Positions 45,722 through 53,973 of a stretch of DNA of 64,000 nt are shown here, piece after piece (positions within the stretch are counted from its first letter, which is position 1; each line of letters begins with the position of its first letter). Made by a program: the position numbers and the translations under genes. The notes below the pieces were generated by a model. It did no database searches. It was not told the origin of the DNA and worked only from the letters and a program-made list of their open reading frames with translations. The DNA is from a bacterium. Its GTDB lineage: Bacteria; Campylobacterota; Campylobacteria; Campylobacterales; Sulfurimonadaceae. The DNA lies in assembly GCA_018822665.1 (NCBI GenBank), contig JAHJJX010000030.1, positions 31,073-95,072 on the forward strand, in the 5' to 3' direction.

Positions 45722-45748
45722 ACCGTGAACAGATTTTTCACATTTTAG

Positions 45749-45760
45749 TTCCACATGCCA
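45749..45760 (+). repeat. Copy of TTCCACATGCCA
   Basis: Exact 12-mer, intergenic (guaA-hemD). It shares the longer string TTCCACATGCCAAGA with the copy at 49111. Confidence 0.9.
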
Positions 45761-45782
45761 AGATGTAAGGAAAAAATTTCAA

Positions 45783-46418
45783 ATGTCAAAGCCTATTTAT
45801 CTTTTTTCAATCTCCACACATCCTCGTGCGATATCTATCAATTCTTTGGATATTCAATTTTTAAAACCAAATATAGATTTCTCTCAATATGATTATTTCA
45901 TTATCACTTCAAAACAATCGAGTGAAGCGTTAAAACAGTATGAAAGTACAAAATATTTAAATAAACCCGCGCTTTGCGTCTCCCTCCAAAGTGCTTTGTC
46001 TTATGAAAAGATAGGCGGTAAAATCCTAGAAATAGGCAGCGGCTATGGAGACAACTTAATTACAAAAATTAACAATTATCCAAAAACAACGAAATGGCTT
46101 TATTTGAGAGCTGAAGTGGTCGCTTCTGATTTTGTAAAAATATGCAAAGAAGAGGGATATAACATAGATGAAGTTGTGATGTATAAGAGTGAATGTTCAC
46201 AAGACATATGGCATGTGGAAGTGGAAGAAGAAGCTGTTTTAATCTTTACATCGCCATCAAGTGTTGAATGTTTTTTAAAAAATCACAGCATAAGTCCTCG
46301 TGCAAAAATCATAGTAATAGGAAAAACGACAGCTGCCGCTTTACCAAAGGGCGTAGAATATTATATTTCTGAAAAAACGACTATTGACAGTTGTATGGAG
46401 ATAGGACTGAGTTTGTGA
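45783..46418 (+). CDS. hemD: Uroporphyrinogen-III synthase
   Basis: 211 aa with a HEM4-like two-lobe pattern (YDYFIITSKQSSEAL...VLIFTSPSSVECF...IVIGKTTAAAL). Confidence 0.55.
   Translation: MSKPIYLFSISTHPRAISINSLDIQFLKPNIDFSQYDYFIITSKQSSEALKQYESTKYLNKPALCVSLQSALSYEKIGGKILEIGSGYGDNLITKINNYPKTTKWLYLRAEVVASDFVKICKEEGYNIDEVVMYKSECSQDIWHVEVEEEAVLIFTSPSSVECFLKNHSISPRAKIIVIGKTTAAALPKGVEYYISEKTTIDSCMEIGLSL
46209..46220 (-). repeat. Copy of TTCCACATGCCA (TGGCATGTGGAA on + strand)
   Basis: Exact 12-mer inside hemD, read as W-H-V-E. Confidence 0.9.
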
Positions 46419-49105
46419 TTTACTTAAAATTGCTGGCTGTTTTACTAATAACATGGAGTGGTTTTTTATATGCAACAGACACCGTAGTCGCGCATGACAA
46501 GGCTTATTTCAAATTTAAAAAAGAGAATGTTGAAGTTATCTACACACAAGATAATTTACCCTTTGCCGAGCATGTCGTCGGGATGCAGACGGCACTTCAC
46601 AAGCATTATGAGAAATTTTTCGGCTGGAAACTTGATGAAACGCTTTATGTAGGTTTGATATCTACAAATAAACAGATTGCAAATGGATTTTCATCTCAAT
46701 GGTCGAGCAACAGGCAGATGAATTATGTCGGCGGTACGCAGATGATAGATTATTTTTCATCAACATCCTGGCTAAATACTTTGCTTTATCATGAAACGGC
46801 TCATAACTATCAGGGCAATATGAAGGGACATAATATTTCAAGAACGCTTCATTCCGTATTTGGAAACGGCTCTTTTATCTTTCCGTTTTTCATCGTTCCA
46901 AATATTATGGAGAACTCTTTTATGCTTGAGGGGAATGCTGTTTTAAACGAATCATGGCATGGAAACGGGGGCAGACTTTACAGCGGTAGATTTAAAGCTG
47001 AAACTTTACTTCAGGCAAAGGCAGGAAACATCAAGGCGAGCGATGTTTATAATGTAAAACTTGCTTTTCCCTATACAGGAAATATCTGGTATATTCAGGG
47101 TGGTTTTTATAATCTTTATCTAGCCGAGTTATACGGGATGGAGAAGGTTAACAGTTATTTCAAATATTATTCAAAAGATTTCTGGTGGCCGCAGTTTACG
47201 GATGAAAGTATGAAATCTGCCGTAGGTATTGACTTTGAAACTTCATTGGAGCAGTTTTCAAATGAATATGCAAAGATGGCAGAGGGTATGGTTTTGGCAG
47301 AAGGTGAGAAAATTGCTTCTTCACAGTTTTTTTATTCACTTGGAAACAATAAGGATGAAATATTTTTTATAGTTCATAAAGACGGAGTGACAAAGCCGGA
47401 ATTGCTCATAATTGATAAAGCAACTTTTGGACAAAAAAAAATAGGCGATAGCTGGCTAAGCGGCAAGGTTATCAAAGCAGATGGTATTTATTATACGCAG
47501 GGAAGTAAAAATGTATCTCCAATCAGAATATATCAGGGACTTTTTGACAATGAAGGCTTTATAAAAGAGGGAACTGCTTCAAAAATGGTGCAGGGATATT
47601 TAAGTGATTTAAAAGAGGTTTATTTTGATGTCGCTAGTTCCTATTCACAAGCGCAACTGTATGTCGGCAAAGAGTTTTATGCTCAAGTAAATTCATCCGT
47701 AATTATTGACACACAAGACAACCTTTATTATTTTGTTCAAAACGGTAAAACCAGAACGCTCTATAAAAATAAAACACCTCTTTATTCCTATAAGGGATAT
47801 TATGGAATTGTGAGTGATGTTGACAGTAAAGGACGCGTATACTTTGTCGCAAATTCACAATTAGGCTCAACACTTTTTGTTGTTGATGCAAAAAACGTCA
47901 AACGTGCAAGCCAAGCAGATAATATAATAGAAGCAAGACTTGTGAATGATGATGAAGTGCTTATTGCCGCGGTGAGTGACAAAGATTATTATTATGTAAA
48001 AAATAAACTTCTAAATAGAGAAGAAGCTCCCTTTGAAACTATATTGTTTTTTGAAGATAAAGAATATTACGGAGGCAAGAGCGATTCCAATACTTCCTCC
48101 AAAGTAAATTTGGATTTGTCCGACCCTTACTATTCTGTTTTGGATATGCATTATAGCGGCATGGATGTTTCTCTCGCCTTTGGAGATGATGTATCCACAT
48201 GGAATATCAATGCAAGATTTGGAGATCCGCTAGCTCAAAATTCCGGGAATTTTTTTCTCAATAAAGATGAGTCAAGTACAACCGTAGCAGGTGTTTCTTA
48301 CAAAAATTCACAGTATTTGCTGCAATACACGATTTTTGCATACGGGGTGATTTCGAGTGATGAAAAAGAGAAAAACAGAGAAAATGGTTTTATAGTGAGT
48401 ACTGAATTGCCGTTTTACAAAAGCGGATATTATTCAGGTATTTTGAGCGGGAATTACTATCAAGATTATAATACACAAAAAAGGGAGCCTCTGAGTGTGC
48501 TTTTAAATTTTTCCAGAGCAGAGGCATATAACTATTCAATGTATGAAAACTATTTAAATGATATTAGTTTTTACGGTGCAAAAGAGAGAATAGATACTCT
48601 TTATGGAGCAAATTATAATTTTAAACACTCTCTTGCGTATGAGTTTTATATAGGACTAGGGGCAAAATTTTCCCAGACAAATAGTGATATTTCAGATACA
48701 CAAGCATTTATTGAGAATCGCGGTGTAAAGATAAGTAATGTATCGTATCAGCTGGACATGGACCCGACTACAGTTTTGGTGCCAAGCTTGGATGCCTCAG
48801 GTTATTTAAAAACAGCTTCGTACGCAGAATTGAGTCTAGCGAAAGTGATTAACTTCTCTAGTTATTGGTTTACCTTTCCTCTCTCATTGCAAAGAGAATC
48901 TCTTTATACCAAATACAGATATTACGATTTGGAGAGTTTTAGCAATAAAAAAAATAATTTTAGTGAGATAACAGCAGGATTGACTGTTTCTATGGTTGTG
49001 CTGAATAAATTTGTTTTACCGATTAATTTTGAGTATATTCACAATGATGCCGACTTTTTAGAAGATAAAAATAAGTTCAGATTTATGCTTGGCGGAACAT
49101 TTTAA
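46415..49105 (+). CDS. Large exported HExxH protein with outer-membrane-barrel-like C-terminus (function unknown)
   Basis: The GTG at 46415 overlaps the hemD stop (GTGA) and yields the signal peptide VIYLKLLAVLLITWSGFLYA. HETAH lies at 46790-46804. The C-terminal ~250 aa has alternating strands and ends ...FRFMLGGTF. Confidence 0.6.
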   Translation: MIYLKLLAVLLITWSGFLYATDTVVAHDKAYFKFKKENVEVIYTQDNLPFAEHVVGMQTALHKHYEKFFGWKLDETLYVGLISTNKQIANGFSSQWSSNRQMNYVGGTQMIDYFSSTSWLNTLLYHETAHNYQGNMKGHNISRTLHSVFGNGSFIFPFFIVPNIMENSFMLEGNAVLNESWHGNGGRLYSGRFKAETLLQAKAGNIKASDVYNVKLAFPYTGNIWYIQGGFYNLYLAELYGMEKVNSYFKYYSKDFWWPQFTDESMKSAVGIDFETSLEQFSNEYAKMAEGMVLAEGEKIASSQFFYSLGNNKDEIFFIVHKDGVTKPELLIIDKATFGQKKIGDSWLSGKVIKADGIYYTQGSKNVSPIRIYQGLFDNEGFIKEGTASKMVQGYLSDLKEVYFDVASSYSQAQLYVGKEFYAQVNSSVIIDTQDNLYYFVQNGKTRTLYKNKTPLYSYKGYYGIVSDVDSKGRVYFVANSQLGSTLFVVDAKNVKRASQADNIIEARLVNDDEVLIAAVSDKDYYYVKNKLLNREEAPFETILFFEDKEYYGGKSDSNTSSKVNLDLSDPYYSVLDMHYSGMDVSLAFGDDVSTWNINARFGDPLAQNSGNFFLNKDESSTTVAGVSYKNSQYLLQYTIFAYGVISSDEKEKNRENGFIVSTELPFYKSGYYSGILSGNYYQDYNTQKREPLSVLLNFSRAEAYNYSMYENYLNDISFYGAKERIDTLYGANYNFKHSLAYEFYIGLGAKFSQTNSDISDTQAFIENRGVKISNVSYQLDMDPTTVLVPSLDASGYLKTASYAELSLAKVINFSSYWFTFPLSLQRESLYTKYRYYDLESFSNKKNNFSEITAGLTVSMVVLNKFVLPINFEYIHNDADFLEDKNKFRFMLGGTF

Positions 49106-49110
49106 AATTT

Positions 49111-49122
49111 TTCCACATGCCA
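49111..49122 (+). repeat. Copy of TTCCACATGCCA
   Basis: Exact 12-mer beginning 6 nt after the stop at 49105. Confidence 0.9.
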
Positions 49123-49156
49123 AGAGGGTAAAAAGAAAAATCAAGTATCCTTTTTG

Positions 49157-49162
49157 TATAAT
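49157..49162 (+). promoter_or_regulatory. -10 box (TTGTATAAT) for the candidate sRNA
   Basis: TATAAT preceded by TG. The predicted start at about 49169-49170 sits just before the closing helix of the structured region. Confidence 0.4.
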
Positions 49163-49169
49163 CACACTC

Positions 49170-49375
49170 GTAGTCTGGGTAGTTCGACCTACGCAAATAT
49201 GAGGGTTCTACATTATCAACTGGTGAACTAGTAAAACTTCTGTGTGTCGGTGCTCTCGCTTGAGGCATGTTAACTCTACCGATGAGAATGCCGCCGTTAT
49301 GAAGTCTTCTCTTCGCCCTAATTCGGCTTTGAGAACCAAAGCTAATTGTGAAACGGCTACCCGGGCTATTTTAGG
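49170..49375 (+). ncRNA. ssrS: Candidate structured sRNA upstream of purD (6S RNA-like rod)
   Basis: This is a 320-bp non-coding gap that looks GC-richer than its surroundings. Nested long-range pairings are CUGGGUAG (49175-49182) with CUACCCGG (~49358-49365), GGUUCU with AGAACC, ACUUC with GAAGU, CGGU with GCCG, and GGCAU with AUGCC, giving an imperfect rod with internal loops. As I recall it, the 6S RNA gene of Helicobacter/Campylobacter lies next to purD. Confidence 0.45.
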
Positions 49376-49440
49376 AAAGTTATTTCGTGAATATATTTTG
49401 ATATTTTCATTAAATAATTTAAAATTATATGGAGATGTGG

Positions 49441-50706
49441 ATGAAGATTTTAATTTTAGGTAGTGGTGCTAGAGAATACTCTATAGCTCGCGCAATTTTG
49501 AATGAAAATGCGGGGCATGAACTCTTTTTTATGCCGGGAAACGGTGCAACAAGTGAGCAAGGCACAAACTTAAATATTAAAGATTACGACTCTCTTGCAC
49601 AGTATGCAAAACAAAATAATATAGAATTGACCATCGTAGGACCAGAAGGTCCTTTAGTGGATGGTGTTGTAGATATTTTTAAAAAAAACGGACTTGTCAT
49701 TTTTGGACCGAGCAAGGCCGCTGCACAGCTTGAGGGCTCAAAAGTTTATATGAAAAACTTTTTGGCAAAATACAAAATTCCAACGGCTCGTTATATTGAA
49801 ACTTCGTCTATTGAAGATGCCTTTAAATTTTCAAATACTTTATCGACACCAATCGTTGTAAAAGCCGATGGACTTTGCGGCGGGAAGGGTGTTATTATTG
49901 CTCAGACCCATAATGAAGCAAAAGTTGCGATTTCCGAAATGCTGAGTGGAAAAAGTTTTGGAGATGCAGGCAAAAGTGTTATTGTGGAAGAATTTTTAGA
50001 CGGCTATGAGCTTTCTATGTTTGCGGTTTGTGATGGGGATGATTATATCCTTCTTCCGGCTGCACAGGACCATAAAAGACTTAAAGATAATGACGAAGGG
50101 CCAAATACAGGGGGAATGGGTGCGTATGCTCCGACACCGCTTGTGGATGAGGCGCTTTACCAAAAAGTAAGAGACAGAGTGATTCGTCCAACACTTGATG
50201 GCATGAACAAAGAAGGCGCACCTTTTGAAGGTGTACTTTTTATCGGGATTATGGTTGTAAACGGTGAACCGATTACATTAGAGTTTAATGTTCGTTTTGG
50301 TGATCCTGAATGTGAGATTCTCATGCCGCTTATGACATCAAGCGTGAGCGATATGTTTTTAAAAGCTGCTACAAACAGATTGAGTGAGATAAAAGTGGAA
50401 TTTTCTAAGCAGTACGCTGTGGGTGTTGTTATGGCGAGTGAGAATTACCCTTATGGAAGCTCAAAACCTGCTGAAATTATTTTAGATGATATTCATCATG
50501 AAGAGATAGAAAAATATACACATATTTCTTATGCCGGCGTTAGCAAAGAAGATGGAATTCTATATGCTGATGGCGGAAGAGTTTTAGTCTGCGTTGGACT
50601 CGGCGACAGCATAAAAGAGGCAAGAGATAGAGCTTATCTGCGATGTGGTCAAGTTCATTTTGCCGGTAAAAAGTTAAGAACAGATATCGCTTATCAGGCA
50701 CTCTAG
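49441..50706 (+). CDS. purD: Phosphoribosylamine--glycine ligase
   Basis: [14 protein letters not shown]..., ATP-grasp core, and [14 protein letters not shown] lies 5 nt before the ATG at 49441. Confidence 0.95.
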   Translation: MKILILGSGAREYSIARAILNENAGHELFFMPGNGATSEQGTNLNIKDYDSLAQYAKQNNIELTIVGPEGPLVDGVVDIFKKNGLVIFGPSKAAAQLEGSKVYMKNFLAKYKIPTARYIETSSIEDAFKFSNTLSTPIVVKADGLCGGKGVIIAQTHNEAKVAISEMLSGKSFGDAGKSVIVEEFLDGYELSMFAVCDGDDYILLPAAQDHKRLKDNDEGPNTGGMGAYAPTPLVDEALYQKVRDRVIRPTLDGMNKEGAPFEGVLFIGIMVVNGEPITLEFNVRFGDPECEILMPLMTSSVSDMFLKAATNRLSEIKVEFSKQYAVGVVMASENYPYGSSKPAEIILDDIHHEEIEKYTHISYAGVSKEDGILYADGGRVLVCVGLGDSIKEARDRAYLRCGQVHFAGKKLRTDIAYQAL

Positions 50707-50709
50707 ATT

Positions 50710-51159
50710 ATGAATGAAGAGATAGAAAATACACTTCATCGAGAAGATATAACATTAGCAGATACAAAAAAAAGAGCGATGGCATTTTTTATAGATGAGA
50801 TGCTTTTGTCATTTTTACTCATCTTTGCTTTATGGGATTCGTTTAGCAATGCAAAAGATATGGAAGAGATTATTAATTTAACAAATTCCTTTGTTTTGGA
50901 ATATATGTTTATGAAGATAATCTATCAAGCTTTTTTTGTGATGCAGTACGGTGCAAGTTTAGGCAAGATAGTAATGAAGATAAGAGTGATAGAGATAAAA
51001 ACTCTCCAAAATCCAAATGTTTTAAGCTCCCTCAATCGTGCAATATTCAGAATAATCAGTGAGATGCTTTTTTATCTGGGATTTTTATGGGGTATATTGG
51101 ACCCGGCACGTCAAACATGGCACGATAAAACTGCAAGAACTTTAGTTGTAAATGCTTAA
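50710..51159 (+). CDS. RDD-family membrane protein
   Basis: KKRAMAFFIDE...three TM...WHDKTARTLVV is the typical RDD pattern. Confidence 0.6.
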   Translation: MNEEIENTLHREDITLADTKKRAMAFFIDEMLLSFLLIFALWDSFSNAKDMEEIINLTNSFVLEYMFMKIIYQAFFVMQYGASLGKIVMKIRVIEIKTLQNPNVLSSLNRAIFRIISEMLFYLGFLWGILDPARQTWHDKTARTLVVNA

Positions 51160-53317
51160 ACTTTTTTACCTCTTTGTTATACTGGCTTCATTCGCATACG
51201 CTCAAGATAAGGTTGAAATATATGCGACTTCAATTGAATCCGAGAATGATACGGTAAAAGCTTCCGGTGGCGTAACGGTAGTATATAAAGATTATTTTAT
51301 AAGTGCCGACGATGCGCTTTATGATAAAAAGAGTGGCGAGTTAAAACTCTTTGGCAATATTCGTGCAAATCATGGAAATACTTATAAGCTTTTAGGCGAT
51401 TATGCAAAACTCAATATTGCAAAAAAAGAGAGGACATTTGAGCCATTTTTCATGCTTGAAAAAAGTTCTAAAGTATGGATAAGTGCAGACGAAGGTTTTG
51501 CAAAAGATAATGAGATTCAGATTGACTCCGGTGTTATGAGTGGCTGTAATCCAAATAATCCGCTCTGGAAAATTGAGTTTACTTCATCTGATTACAGTGC
51601 CGATTCTAAATGGTTAAATTTATACAACGCAAGAATTTATATTTATGATATTCCCGTTTTATACACACCGTATTTCGGATATTCTCTTGATACAACCCGC
51701 AGAACCGGACTTCTGACTCCTGCTTTTGGTATATCCGATAAAGAAGGATTTTTTTATGAACAATCTATATATATCGCAGAACAAAACTGGTGGGATTTAG
51801 AGTTAAAGCCACAAACTAGAACAAATCGCGGTTATGGGGGATACTCTACCCTTCGGTTTGTTGATGGCGGAAACTCAAAAGGTGAGCTGACCACAGGGTA
51901 TTTTAAAGAAAAAAATGACTATTTTTTAAAAGAAAATTTAGTGAATAATACCCACTATGGTTTTAATCTTGAATATGAAAATAATAATGTCCTCAACCAA
52001 TGGTTTAGAACAAGCTTGAGAGGACAATCGGGCTTATATCTAGATGTAAATAATATGAATGATGTTGATTATATCAATCTCTCATCCAATGATACAACCG
52101 AGAATGCAACATCCACACAAGTTTTATCAAGGGGAAATTTATTTTATAATACGGAAAGAAACTACTTTGCTACTTATGTAAAGTATTATAAAGATTTAAC
52201 AAAAGATAGTAATGAAGATACACTTCAAAAACTGCCAACTTTTCAATATCACTATTATCTTGATACTTTGTTTCAAAATCATCTTTTTTATAATTTGGAT
52301 ATGCAAACAAGTAATATACAAAGGGACATAGATAAAACTGTTATTCAAACAAATATCAATATTCCTATTACTCTGCAAACCTCCCTTTTTGATGAATATT
52401 TAAATCTTTCCTACAAAGCTCAACTTTTTGCTCAACATTCGAAGTTTGGAGGGAATGAAGAGGTAGTTAGCGGTGAGTATAATAATGGAATTTTTGGAAG
52501 AACTTATAATATTCTTCAGGCATCAACCAAGCTTACAAAAGCTTATTCAGATTTTACCCATGTACTTGGGTTTGGTTCAAGATATACAATCTCAGGCTCA
52601 GAATATAAAGATGGATTTTATGAAGATTATAAAGATTTTTGTGCCAATCCGGAAAACTCGGATAAAGCCCAATGTGAATTTTATAATATTACGGATATTA
52701 ATGAAGCTTTACAATTTGATTTTTCACAATACATTTTTGATACATCTGGAAATCAAAAAATATATCACAGACTTGCCCAGACGATAGCGTATGAAGACAC
52801 TACGAGCAAAGTTGGAGAATTGGAAAATGAATTTGATTATCAGATAACAAACAACATAAATTTTTATAATAATTTATTTTATAGTTATGATGAGCAGTCT
52901 TTTTCTAAAATGTTTAATAAACTCTCTTATAAGATTGGCGGACTAGGTCTTTCTTTTTCCCATTTGTATAAAGATAGTTTTGATGATGCCTCTGCGGGTT
53001 CACCTTATACAAGCTACATTACATCAAGTGCAAGATATACTTACGACGAGCATTATTCTTATCATGTGAAATGGGATTATGATTTAGAAAACATTTTAAA
53101 AAAGAGTGCTGAAGTAGGGTTCATGTATAAAAAGCGATGTTGGGATTTCGGACTTAGATATGTGGAAAATAACAGGCCTATTCTTGCTCAAAACAGTGCA
53201 TCGTCCGTGTATGATAGGTATGTATATTTTAGTATAGTTCTCAAACCGCTGATGCCATCAGGTAGTAAGTCTTCTGATTTTGCTGCAAGACTTTCCGAAG
53301 ACTTGAAAGGATTATAA
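51152..53317 (+). CDS. lptD: LPS-assembly outer-membrane protein LptD
   Basis: Signal peptide, OstA-type N-domain (VKASGGVTVVYKDYFISADDALYDKKSGELKLFGN) and a large C-terminal barrel. Confidence 0.8.
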   Translation: MLKLFYLFVILASFAYAQDKVEIYATSIESENDTVKASGGVTVVYKDYFISADDALYDKKSGELKLFGNIRANHGNTYKLLGDYAKLNIAKKERTFEPFFMLEKSSKVWISADEGFAKDNEIQIDSGVMSGCNPNNPLWKIEFTSSDYSADSKWLNLYNARIYIYDIPVLYTPYFGYSLDTTRRTGLLTPAFGISDKEGFFYEQSIYIAEQNWWDLELKPQTRTNRGYGGYSTLRFVDGGNSKGELTTGYFKEKNDYFLKENLVNNTHYGFNLEYENNNVLNQWFRTSLRGQSGLYLDVNNMNDVDYINLSSNDTTENATSTQVLSRGNLFYNTERNYFATYVKYYKDLTKDSNEDTLQKLPTFQYHYYLDTLFQNHLFYNLDMQTSNIQRDIDKTVIQTNINIPITLQTSLFDEYLNLSYKAQLFAQHSKFGGNEEVVSGEYNNGIFGRTYNILQASTKLTKAYSDFTHVLGFGSRYTISGSEYKDGFYEDYKDFCANPENSDKAQCEFYNITDINEALQFDFSQYIFDTSGNQKIYHRLAQTIAYEDTTSKVGELENEFDYQITNNINFYNNLFYSYDEQSFSKMFNKLSYKIGGLGLSFSHLYKDSFDDASAGSPYTSYITSSARYTYDEHYSYHVKWDYDLENILKKSAEVGFMYKKRCWDFGLRYVENNRPILAQNSASSVYDRYVYFSIVLKPLMPSGSKSSDFAARLSEDLKGL

Positions 53318-53318
53318 T

Positions 53319-53972
53319 ATGACAAGAAAGTATAAACACATATTGAAAAATCGATTAGACGCTGCTATTAAATTGATTGATGTATTACCGATGCAAAGAT
53401 TTAAAGAAGAGTCGTGGAAGATTATAGCAGTTTCAAAGGGCGGTCTAGAATTAGGTTCATTTATTAAAGGCAGATATGCAAATGAATTGGACTTCTTATT
53501 TTCCGAAGCTATTTTTGCACCGAATAACCATGAATGTGAAGTTGCAAGAGTAAGCGAAACTGAAGAAATTGTAATTAATGAAGATCTTGTGGCAGCTTTT
53601 GATATTAAATACGACTTTATTTATGGAGAAGCGCGAAGAAAGCATGAAGAAAAAATTTTAAGCTACATCTATCAATATAGAAAAGGACGGCATTTTCCAT
53701 CCATGTACAATGAAGTTGTTTTGCTCGTAGATGAGGGTAGCGAAACAGGATTGAAGTTTATGACGGCTCTTAAAACAATTTTGGCACAAAAGCCAAAAGC
53801 TGTTTATATCGCGGTCCCGGTTTTACCAACGGATGTGCTAGAATTATTAGAACCATTTGCGGATGATGTGTTTTTTCTTTATGATATTGAAGATTATGTT
53901 GAAACATCTTTGTATTATGAAGATTTATCCAATGTTGATGAAGACAAAATAGAAAAATTATTAGGAGAATAA
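53319..53972 (+). CDS. Phosphoribosyltransferase-family protein
   Basis: VVLLVDEGSETGLKF is a PRPP-loop-like motif. 217 aa. Confidence 0.5.
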   Translation: MTRKYKHILKNRLDAAIKLIDVLPMQRFKEESWKIIAVSKGGLELGSFIKGRYANELDFLFSEAIFAPNNHECEVARVSETEEIVINEDLVAAFDIKYDFIYGEARRKHEEKILSYIYQYRKGRHFPSMYNEVVLLVDEGSETGLKFMTALKTILAQKPKAVYIAVPVLPTDVLELLEPFADDVFFLYDIEDYVETSLYYEDLSNVDEDKIEKLLGE

Positions 53973-53973
53973 A

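Noticed and set aside
49170-49375. RNase P RNA or tmRNA in the purD upstream gap. CGAUGAGAAUGCC...AAUUCGGCUU vaguely recalls RNase P P15-P4, and UCUGGGUAGUUCGAC recalls a tmRNA 5' end.
   Set aside because: There is no GAGGAAAGUCC-type P4 5' strand. The region is about 100-150 nt too short for RNase P. There is no tRNA-like 3' end with CCA and no tag ORF for tmRNA before purD begins.
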